From Acidimicrobiia bacterium (GTDB taxonomy: Bacteria; Actinomycetota; Acidimicrobiia; Spongiisociales; ZC4RG35): 64,000 nucleotides of DNA. Both the position numbers and the translations under genes were made by a program. Shown piece by piece: positions 37,961 to 45,415 of the stretch. Each line of letters begins with the position of its first letter. Positions within the stretch are counted from its first letter, which is position 1. The stretch covers positions 22,242 through 86,241 of the forward strand of contig DATKCZ010000002.1 of NCBI GenBank assembly GCA_035512955.1, given 5' to 3'. The notes under the pieces were generated by a model. It made no database searches. It was given only the letters and a program-made list of their open reading frames with translations, and was not told where the DNA came from.

Positions 37961-39477
37961 ACCCCGGCCAGAAATCCCCGGCCATCGGAGACGACACACA
38001 GGAAGGCACCAACCGAGGTGACCAGCTGGTAACGGTCGGCATCGCGCTCCCCTACCCACCAGCGGCCACTCAATCGCCATGGCCCACTCCAGGTGAGCAC
38101 CGGCTCCCATCTCGATCCGAGCCGAACCCGGGCCGGCATGCCCCCATCCCATTCGATCTCGATGGGATCGAGACGTGGGGGGACCAGGGCAGGTGACGGC
38201 GCAGGAGTTGCCCCTGGCCACGGCGCCCCCGAATCCCGGTCATCTGCGATCTCCGCCTCACCCCAACGCGCCCAGGCCACTCTCTCCGCCGGCATGCGCC
38301 CACCCTGAGCCCTCGCCTGGAGAACGCCGTCAGGGCCCAGCAGGGCCTGAGCGCGGGCCAGTGCTCGCTCTGCCTCGATCATCGACGACTCGTCGGTGAA
38401 CAGACCCATTTGCCGCCCCTCGCTCGACAGATCACCCGGAGTGATGCTCAACGCGGTTATCCCCCCGGGCACCCCTGCATTCTCCACCCATGCCCTGAGT
38501 TGCCACCAGACCCTCTCGGCCAGTGCCCTTTCGGTGAAAGGGTCGGCTGAGCGCCAGACCCTGACCCGGGAGGGACCGGCGGCTGCATCAGCCGAGATCG
38601 TCACGGTATGGGGAGCCACCCCGGCCGACCTGAGCCGTCGCAACAGCCTCTCCGCCAGGTTGCGGCCGGCGAAAGCCACCGCGTCGAGGCTCTGCAGAGG
38701 GTCTTCGAAGGTCATCTCCACCCCAAGCTCGGGGGGGATGTCACGGGGATGGATCATACGGTCTTCCCCATTGGCGAGACGATGGGCTGTCACCCCGTGA
38801 TGGCCGAACCTCGAGGCCAGAGTCTCCCTGGGGAGCCGGGCGAGGTCTCCGAGGGTGGCGATGCCCAGCCAGCGGAAGGTTTCGATCATCTCCTCGCCCC
38901 CCATCGACTCGCGCAGGGTCCCCAGGTCGAGACGGGAGAGAAACCCGATGGTGTCGGTGACGATCCGGGGCTCCCCCACCGTTGCCGTGGCAGCCGCCCA
39001 TCGGGCGGCAAAAGGGCCGTCGGCGATGCCGATGAAGAACTGCCGGCCGGTTTCCCCAGCTCGATGTCCCTCACCTCGCTCCGGCGGGGGGTTCGAGGGG
39101 GGTCGCCCCCCCTCAATAACATTGCCGATCTCACTGCTCACCCTCTCCGCCAGGGCCTCCTCGCCCCCGTAGAAACGAATTGCCCCTGCCACCGGCACGA
39201 AAATCAACCCGGGCGCCACCACCTCGACACGGGGCACCAGGTCCTCGACGACGGCAACGACCGGCTCGAACCTCCGGGTCTCTTCCCCGGTGTCCCGGAC
39301 CATGACCGTGGCAAAGGGGGCCAGAGTCTCTGCCTCCCTCCTCGGCATGCCCAAGGAGACCCCGGCATCCAAGACATCGTCGGTGGCGGCGGTCACCCGA
39401 TCGTCGACAATGAGTATCGGTTCACCTGGTGGCGCGTCTGGCCTGGTCAACGACCACATCGGAAACCACACGCACAT
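37951..39477 (-). CDS. imuB: ImuB, Y-family-polymerase-like mutasome subunit
   Basis: MCVWFPMWSL...ILIVDD...GVSLGMPRREAETLAP is the typical ImuB N-terminus. It lies directly downstream of imuA'. The start is chosen at ATG 39477, and the track ORF runs to 39750. Confidence 0.8.
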   Translation of the reverse strand: MCVWFPMWSLTRPDAPPGEPILIVDDRVTAATDDVLDAGVSLGMPRREAETLAPFATVMVRDTGEETRRFEPVVAVVEDLVPRVEVVAPGLIFVPVAGAIRFYGGEEALAERVSSEIGNVIEGGRPPSNPPPERGEGHRAGETGRQFFIGIADGPFAARWAAATATVGEPRIVTDTIGFLSRLDLGTLRESMGGEEMIETFRWLGIATLGDLARLPRETLASRFGHHGVTAHRLANGEDRMIHPRDIPPELGVEMTFEDPLQSLDAVAFAGRNLAERLLRRLRSAGVAPHTVTISADAAAGPSRVRVWRSADPFTERALAERVWWQLRAWVENAGVPGGITALSITPGDLSSEGRQMGLFTDESSMIEAERALARAQALLGPDGVLQARAQGGRMPAERVAWARWGEAEIADDRDSGAPWPGATPAPSPALVPPRLDPIEIEWDGGMPARVRLGSRWEPVLTWSGPWRLSGRWWVGERDADRYQLVTSVGAFLCVVSDGRGFLAGVYD

Positions 39478-40120
39478 CGTCCGTACCCTCATCTTCCACC
39501 TCGAATCGCCGGGAGGTCCCTGCCGCCCCCTTCCCCGTCGCCTCCAGGACCAGACGTCGTCTGGTGAGACGCCCGTGACCCCGATCGGCCCCTTCCCAGG
39601 TGACACCGAGAGCCCGCAACCTGAGAAACGCCACCCCTGCCGGCAACCCGCTGCCCAGTGGCCGCAGCGCCACTGCCACACGACGCGCCCTGGCCAGTGC
39701 GGCGAGACGACGGAGGTCCTGGTCACCCATGCCCCCCGGCACCTCGGCATACATCGCCTTGACCCCCTCGAGGAGAGCCGCGGTCACCTTGGGCCACAGA
39801 ACCGGTCTCTCACATCTGACCACGACGAGACGCTCTGGGATCACTCCCGTCTCCCAGGCTGCCTCGGGTGACAGCCAGCCTCTCGTGTCGAGAGCAACGA
39901 CGGGTGCTATGCGAGAATGAGGTGCCAGCAGCTTGAGACCCAGACGGGTCAGCCCGCTCCCGGGGACACCGACCAGCTCGGTGACCCGACCCGGCTGAAG
40001 ATCCAACAAGCCCCTGTCTTTGCGCTGCACAGAGACCGGGGCGGCGATCTCGGCGGCCAAGACGCCCTCGATTCGCAAAATCTGACTCCGTTTCTGAGGG
40101 CGCTCCAGCATATCGAACAT
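39422..40120 (-). CDS. imuA: ImuA' (RecA/SulA-like mutasome accessory protein)
   Basis: Degenerate P-loop VTELVGVPGSGLTRLGL. It is positioned upstream of imuB and behind a LexA box. The annotated ATG 40120 lies inside the box, so the true start may be downstream. Confidence 0.7.
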   Translation of the reverse strand: MFDMLERPQKRSQILRIEGVLAAEIAAPVSVQRKDRGLLDLQPGRVTELVGVPGSGLTRLGLKLLAPHSRIAPVVALDTRGWLSPEAAWETGVIPERLVVVRCERPVLWPKVTAALLEGVKAMYAEVPGGMGDQDLRRLAALARARRVAVALRPLGSGLPAGVAFLRLRALGVTWEGADRGHGRLTRRRLVLEATGKGAAGTSRRFEVEDEGTDDVRVVSDVVVDQARRATR

Positions 40121-40128
40121 GTGTTCGA
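40113..40128 (-). promoter_or_regulatory. LexA (SOS) box TCGAACACATGTTCGA for imuA'-imuB
   Basis: Perfect TCGAAC-N4-GTTCGA. On the minus strand it is followed by TATGCT (40112-40107), mirroring the dnaE2 arrangement. Confidence 0.8.
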
Positions 40129-40215
40129 TAGCAAGAAGAACACACTCTCACCAACAAGCCCCGGGGCCACCCGATAGAGTTCCGCTCGTCGGAACGGCAA
40201 TTCGTAGGAGAGAAC

Positions 40216-40677
40216 ATGACCGACGAAACACATGGCATGGACCCCATCGAGGAGCCGGTGCCCTCACCCGACCCGGTCACGCCCGCCGAAGCGCACGACG
40301 AGAAATCGGTGTTGGCCGGTGCCGGTGACTTCACCAGCGGCGAGGGTCTGGTGGCTTTCGCCGGGATGGTGATCCTCGCGGTTTGGCTGATCTTCGACGT
40401 GTTCCTGGACGACTACGGCGTAGCCACCCTCACGCTCTTGTTGGCGACCCTGGTTGTGTTCACACCCCGCATGGACCCGGCTCACGTAGCCAAGGTTCTT
40501 CCGGTGGCTGTGATCATGAAGATCGTCGGCTACACACTCGCCCTGATCGGGGTATTCGACGTGATAGAAGCTGTTGAGGAAGGATTCTTCGAGGATGCCG
40601 CGACCATCATCGCCGCGCTGGTCGAGTATGCCGCGTTCGTCATGGCGTTCATCGGGGCCCGTCAGATCAAGATCTGA
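40216..40677 (+). CDS. Hypothetical membrane protein (acidic N-terminus, about 4 TM)
   Basis: ORF with SD AGGAGAG 5 nt upstream of the ATG. Hydrophobic helices are present, but I recognise no motif. Confidence 0.55.
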   Translation: MTDETHGMDPIEEPVPSPDPVTPAEAHDEKSVLAGAGDFTSGEGLVAFAGMVILAVWLIFDVFLDDYGVATLTLLLATLVVFTPRMDPAHVAKVLPVAVIMKIVGYTLALIGVFDVIEAVEEGFFEDAATIIAALVEYAAFVMAFIGARQIKI

Positions 40678-40724
40678 GTCAACGCTTCGGTTCACGGGCG
40701 AGTAGCCTCAGACCGAGGCACTCA

Positions 40725-41099
40725 TTGAACCAAGTCGAGAGCAAGCGGATCCTGGTCGCCGACGATTCCGACACGATCACGACACTTCTGACGACGGCGC
40801 TAACCTCGCACGGCTACACGGTGGTCACCGCCCGCGACGGGGTCGAGACCTACGAACTGGGCAGGTCCGGTGACATCGACCTGGCGATCATCGATCATCT
40901 CATGCCCGGGCTTCTCGGTCTGGAGGTGATCGAGCGCTGGCGGGCGGAGGGTGTGGATCTTCCCGTGATCGTGCTGTCGGGTGTCGACGACGAGAAGACC
41001 GCCATCGCCAGTCTCGACGTGGGCGCCGTGGACTTCGTCCGCAAGCCCTTCCGGCTCAACGAGCTGATGGCTCGGGTCCGTCAGCGAATTCCGGCCTGA
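40725..41099 (+). CDS. Stand-alone response-regulator receiver domain (CheY-like)
   Basis: ILVADDSD, the phospho-acceptor context DLAIIDHLMPG, VIVLSG, and VRKPF. TTG start. No output domain. Confidence 0.85.
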   Translation: MNQVESKRILVADDSDTITTLLTTALTSHGYTVVTARDGVETYELGRSGDIDLAIIDHLMPGLLGLEVIERWRAEGVDLPVIVLSGVDDEKTAIASLDVGAVDFVRKPFRLNELMARVRQRIPA

Positions 41100-41156
41100 A
41101 GCCGCTCAGTTCGCTCAATAGGCCCCACCTGGCTTCCGATCTATACATCCGAAGCA

Positions 41157-42305
41157 ATGAGCGGAACCCAACTCCTCACCAACGCGGTTCTGGTCGTCTT
41201 TGCGGTGGACCTGGTTCTGCTGTCCTCACTGATCGTGGGCAAGGGAATCCATCGCAGGCGACAAGAGGGCCGCGAGCGACGCCGCGTCGCCTATCTCGAG
41301 CTGCTCAGCCGGCAACTCTCCGACCCTGACCAGCCGCTGAGCCTCGGCCCCCACGTCGCCGAGGATCAAGCCTTCCTCGACGCCCTGATCGACGTGCGGA
41401 ACTCGGTGGTCGGGCCCGAGTCCGATGCCCTCAGCCAGGTCGTCGATCGATTCGGGGTCATGGAGCGATATGCCAAGAGACTCGAGGGAAGACGCTGGGG
41501 ATTGCTGACCCGTCGTCTACACGCTGCGGTGGCTCTCGCCGAGGTTGCCAACTCGTCCTGGGCACCGGCTCTGATGAGCCATCTCTCCGATCCCGAGCCC
41601 GAGATCCGAATCCAGGCGGCACGGGGGCTGGGGCGGATGAGATGGACCCCTGCCATCGACGCCATCGTGAGCCGCTTCGCCGAGGAGACACCGTGGGTGC
41701 GAGCGAGATTCGCCGACACGTTGGTGAATTTCGGCTCGAAGGCGACCTGGCCGCTCCTCGCCTACATCAAGGTGAACCACCGATTCGAGGCCAGCGGGCC
41801 GGCGGCCGCCATCCGCACCCTGGCCACCATCGGCGACGACCAGGCGGTCAAATCCCTGATCGAGTTGCTCGACGAAGCCGTCGACCCCGAGATCCAGATC
41901 GCCACCATCGAGGCGCTCGGTCTCTTGGGCAACCCTGTCTCGATCGGCTCGCTGAAGAGGGCGAACAGCGACCCCGACTGGCGTCTGCGCGCCAAGTCGG
42001 CCACCGCACTCGGTGCCACCGCCGACCCGACCGTGATCCCCACACTTTCCTCCGGACTGATGGACCCCAACTGGTGGGTCCGTCGCAACTCCGCGGCCGC
42101 CCTGGCTCGAGTCCCCCGGGGCATCCCCGAGCTGTACGCGGCCATACGATCCACGGACCCCTATGCGAGAGACGCCGCGGCGGAAGCGCTCGCCGACGCA
42201 GGTGAGATCATCGCCGCCAGACGTCGCCTCGAAGACGGCGATGCCACTTCCGACGACGTCTCCCTGGTCTCCTTCATCGAATCCGAGCTGGCGGTGAGCG
42301 GTTGA
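41157..42305 (+). CDS. N-terminally membrane-anchored HEAT-repeat protein
   Basis: One N-terminal TM followed by repeated PBS-lyase/HEAT-like units (EPEIRIQAARGLG, DPEIQIATIEALG, DPDWRLRAKSATALG, DPNWWVRRNSAAALA). Confidence 0.8.
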   Translation: MSGTQLLTNAVLVVFAVDLVLLSSLIVGKGIHRRRQEGRERRRVAYLELLSRQLSDPDQPLSLGPHVAEDQAFLDALIDVRNSVVGPESDALSQVVDRFGVMERYAKRLEGRRWGLLTRRLHAAVALAEVANSSWAPALMSHLSDPEPEIRIQAARGLGRMRWTPAIDAIVSRFAEETPWVRARFADTLVNFGSKATWPLLAYIKVNHRFEASGPAAAIRTLATIGDDQAVKSLIELLDEAVDPEIQIATIEALGLLGNPVSIGSLKRANSDPDWRLRAKSATALGATADPTVIPTLSSGLMDPNWWVRRNSAAALARVPRGIPELYAAIRSTDPYARDAAAEALADAGEIIAARRRLEDGDATSDDVSLVSFIESELAVSG

Positions 42306-43708
42306 TCCTCGACCTGATCAGAGCGTTGGCCTTCGCGACGATCGGCTACTTCGTCCTGATGCAGGTCTATTTGCTGTTCCTGGCGGTTTCCTCAGCGTAT
42401 GTCCTCCGTCGCAACTATCACCTGACCCGCTTCGGCCGAATCACCGAGATGCTGTCGAGCAGGACCACTCCGCCGATCTCCTTGGTCATCCCGGCGTACA
42501 ACGAGGCGGCCGGCATCGTCGACGCGGTCCGCTCGATGTCGATCGTCAACTACCCGAGATTCGAGATCGTCGTCACCAACGACGGCTCGACCGATGACAC
42601 CCTGAGCGAGCTGATCGAGGGCTTCGATCTCGAGCAGGTGCGGATTCCCTACCGACCGGACATAGAGACCGCGCCGATCAGGGCGATCTATCGGGGACGG
42701 GGCGCGGTCGATGTGACCGTCATCGACAAGGAGAACGGGGGCCGCGCCGATGCCCTGAACGCAGGGATAAACGCGGCTCGATACCCCTACGTGCTCTGCG
42801 CAGATGCCGATGTGATCATCGATGCCGATGCCCTGGTCCGCGGGATGCAGCGAGTCGTGGAGGACAGGGAGCGGACGGTGGGCGTCGGGGGGAACATTCG
42901 CCCCCTCAACGGGAGCCGGGTGAGTCTCGGCCATTTGATCGACGCCCGGGTCCCCGCTCCGATGGTCCCCCGGATGCAGGTGCTCGAGTACCTGAGGACT
43001 TTCTTGGCGAGCAGGCCCGCCTGGTCGGAGATGGCGGCTCTCCCCATCGTGTCGGGGGCGTTTGGCATCTGGAAGCGTTCCGCCCTCCTCGAGGTCGGCG
43101 GCTACCAACGGGGCCACCTCGGAGAGGATCTCGACATCACCATGCGCCTCCACCGCCACCACATGGACAACGGCATTCCCTATCGGATCGTCTACGAGCC
43201 GGCCGCGGTCCTGTGGACCGAGGTTCCCGAGACCCTTCGCGTCCTGCGGCGTCAGCGAATCCGATGGCATCGCGGGCTGATGACCGCCACCCGGGACTTC
43301 CTGCCCATGACCTTCAACCCGCGTTACGGAAGGCTGGGCATGATCACCTGGCCCGGGTTCTTCCTCTTCGAGTACCTGGCTCCGATCCTCGAAGCCATCG
43401 GATGGGTCACTGTCCCCCTTGCCTTCGGGTTGGGGGCGCTCAACCTCGAGAGTCTGGTGCTGATGCTGGTGCTGGCTATCGGGGCCGGTCTGATGAACTC
43501 GCTCGCCGCCCTGTGGCTCGATGAGCCGTACGGGTACTTCAACCACCCCACCGACACCTCGCGTCTGGTGGTGATGGCCCTCATCGAGAATTTCGGTTTC
43601 AGGCAGTTGACCGTTGCATGGAGGATCCGCGCCCTGATCGGGGGCCGCGGCACCCGGAGTTGGGGCAACATGGAGCGACGGGGGGTGGCCAGGCTGGGAG
43701 GGACCTAG
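42302..43708 (+). CDS. Processive family-2 glycosyltransferase (PgaC/cellulose-synthase-like)
   Basis: SLVIPAYNE, NDGSTDDT, CADADV, GEDLD, the QRIRWHRG (QxxRW) motif, and C-terminal TM helices. TTGA overlap with the HEAT gene stop. Confidence 0.85.
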   Translation: MILDLIRALAFATIGYFVLMQVYLLFLAVSSAYVLRRNYHLTRFGRITEMLSSRTTPPISLVIPAYNEAAGIVDAVRSMSIVNYPRFEIVVTNDGSTDDTLSELIEGFDLEQVRIPYRPDIETAPIRAIYRGRGAVDVTVIDKENGGRADALNAGINAARYPYVLCADADVIIDADALVRGMQRVVEDRERTVGVGGNIRPLNGSRVSLGHLIDARVPAPMVPRMQVLEYLRTFLASRPAWSEMAALPIVSGAFGIWKRSALLEVGGYQRGHLGEDLDITMRLHRHHMDNGIPYRIVYEPAAVLWTEVPETLRVLRRQRIRWHRGLMTATRDFLPMTFNPRYGRLGMITWPGFFLFEYLAPILEAIGWVTVPLAFGLGALNLESLVLMLVLAIGAGLMNSLAALWLDEPYGYFNHPTDTSRLVVMALIENFGFRQLTVAWRIRALIGGRGTRSWGNMERRGVARLGGT

Positions 43709-44598
43709 CTGTCCTCCAACTCCTCGAGGGTCTTGGGCCAGTCGTCTTTGAGCAAGCGCGAGAGGGAGCGGTCGGCGAGGAGCTTGCCCTCGGTCTGACA
43801 ATTGGCGCAGTAGTTCGTCTCATTGGAGGCGTAGACGATGCGTTGCACCTTGGCGCCGCAGCGAGGACACGGCTCACCGAACTTGCCGTGGACCGCCATG
43901 TCTTCCCGGAAGGCGGTGACCTTGGTGGGCCAGCCGTCCCCGACCTCGTCGCGCAGTCTCCGGGTCCACTGGTCCAGTGAGGCGACCACCGCCACATGGA
44001 GGCGCTCCAGCTCCTCGTCACTCAACTGGGAAGTCCGCTTGACCGGCGAGAGCCGTGCCTCCCAAAGGATCTCGTCGGAGTATGCGTTGCCGATCCCGGA
44101 GAAGATCCCGGGATCGGTCAGGGCCCGCTTCAGCGTGCGGTTCTCGGCCCTGAGTGCCGCAGCGAACTCGTCGGGAGTCGCCGCGAGGGGCTCGATGCCG
44201 CCACGATCGAGACTGCGCACCCCGTCCCAGTCGTTGGCCATCCAGATTCCGGCCCGCTTGTGGGTCCCCTGCTCGGTGAGGATCAGTGATCCTTCCTCGA
44301 AGTCGAGGGCAGCGAGACCGACCTTCCTCGGAATCGGTTTGCCCGAGGTCTCCCAACGGAGGCGACCCGCCACCATCAGGTGCAACACCAAATAGATCTC
44401 ATCAGGGCCGAACTGAAATACGATTCTCTTGCCCACTCGATGAATCGCCTCGACGGTCCGGCCGACTGCGGCGTCGTACGGAGGGTCATAGGTCCTCATC
44501 ACCGAGGGGGACACCACCCGGATCCCGGCGAGCCGGCTTCCTTCCACCAACCGCTGGAGTGCCTCGATGTACACCACGATGTCGGGGAGCTCGGGCAC
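43705..44598 (-). CDS. Fpg/Nei-family DNA glycosylase/AP lyase
   Basis: N-terminal MPELPD (catalytic Pro2/Glu3), an H2TH region, and the C-terminal zinc finger CPRCGAKV...YCANCQ. Confidence 0.85.
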   Translation of the reverse strand: MPELPDIVVYIEALQRLVEGSRLAGIRVVSPSVMRTYDPPYDAAVGRTVEAIHRVGKRIVFQFGPDEIYLVLHLMVAGRLRWETSGKPIPRKVGLAALDFEEGSLILTEQGTHKRAGIWMANDWDGVRSLDRGGIEPLAATPDEFAAALRAENRTLKRALTDPGIFSGIGNAYSDEILWEARLSPVKRTSQLSDEELERLHVAVVASLDQWTRRLRDEVGDGWPTKVTAFREDMAVHGKFGEPCPRCGAKVQRIVYASNETNYCANCQTEGKLLADRSLSRLLKDDWPKTLEELEDS

Positions 44599-44612
44599 CG
44601 GGTGCTGGCCGG

Positions 44613-45320
44613 TCAGTCCGGCTGGCGGAGACTGCCGCTGGACAGAACGGTGACCCCGACCACCAGCCCACCCGCGATGAATCCATAGGCGGTGAGCCGA
44701 CTGTTGTCCGCCTCGGTGCCGGCTACGGCTAATCCGAAGACGGCGATCAATCCAACAAGCACGGCGATGGCGACCACCCGGGCGATTCTCATTCCGATCG
44801 ACATCGCGTAGCCGATACCGATTATCAAGACGCCCCCGATAATGAATGCCAGCCAGAACTCGAACCCATTCGCCTCGGGATCACCGGTGATGGCATTGGG
44901 CCCAACCCCATCACCCATGTTGAGAAAGGTGCCGCCGAGCAGTATCAGGGCGCCGGCCACTGCCAGGCCGATAGCACCGAGGCTGGTCGGCACCGGCAGC
45001 GGATCCTCGGGCAGGGCACGCTCTTCGGGATTGTGTCGGCTGGCCAGTCGTCTCGCCAGCCGGGGTGATGCCGCCGCCACACCGATCTCCTCGGCCAAGG
45101 CGACATCGTCCTCGGTCCGGAGCACGAACTCCTCACCCTCGGCCTTGATGTTGAACCCTTCGTTGAGCGCATTCACGCCGATCTGGGACACGTGCCAGTC
45201 ACCGACGAGCTCGTTGCCCGATACGAGACGGATCCGGCCCCGGTCGGCGAGCACCCGAACCGCGACCCCAGGGCCGATATCACCCCTCATCCTGACATTG
45301 CCGTCCAACTCGACAGCCAT
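44613..45320 (-). CDS. Hypothetical protein: soluble N-terminal domain plus C-terminal multi-TM region
   Basis: ORF. ATG 45320 is preferred because GTG 45380 lies in the loop of the pnp terminator hairpin. The N-terminal domain resembles the 35147-35467 protein. Confidence 0.55.
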   Translation of the reverse strand: MAVELDGNVRMRGDIGPGVAVRVLADRGRIRLVSGNELVGDWHVSQIGVNALNEGFNIKAEGEEFVLRTEDDVALAEEIGVAAASPRLARRLASRHNPEERALPEDPLPVPTSLGAIGLAVAGALILLGGTFLNMGDGVGPNAITGDPEANGFEFWLAFIIGGVLIIGIGYAMSIGMRIARVVAIAVLVGLIAVFGLAVAGTEADNSRLTAYGFIAGGLVVGVTVLSSGSLRQPD

Positions 45321-45366
45321 CCTTATCCCGTGTCCGAGTGCGCCGATCTTAGGTTGAAACGAGAGA

Positions 45367-45390
45367 GGGACCGATCTCACGATCGGTCCC
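45367..45390 (-). terminator. Intrinsic terminator hairpin downstream of pnp
   Basis: GGGACCGATC-TCAC-GATCGGTCCC is a perfect 10-bp stem. On the minus strand it is followed by the U-rich tract UCUCUCGUUUC. It lies 25 nt after the pnp stop. Confidence 0.7.
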
Positions 45391-45415
45391 TCGACAGCAT
45401 GTCGGTGGCCTGGGG

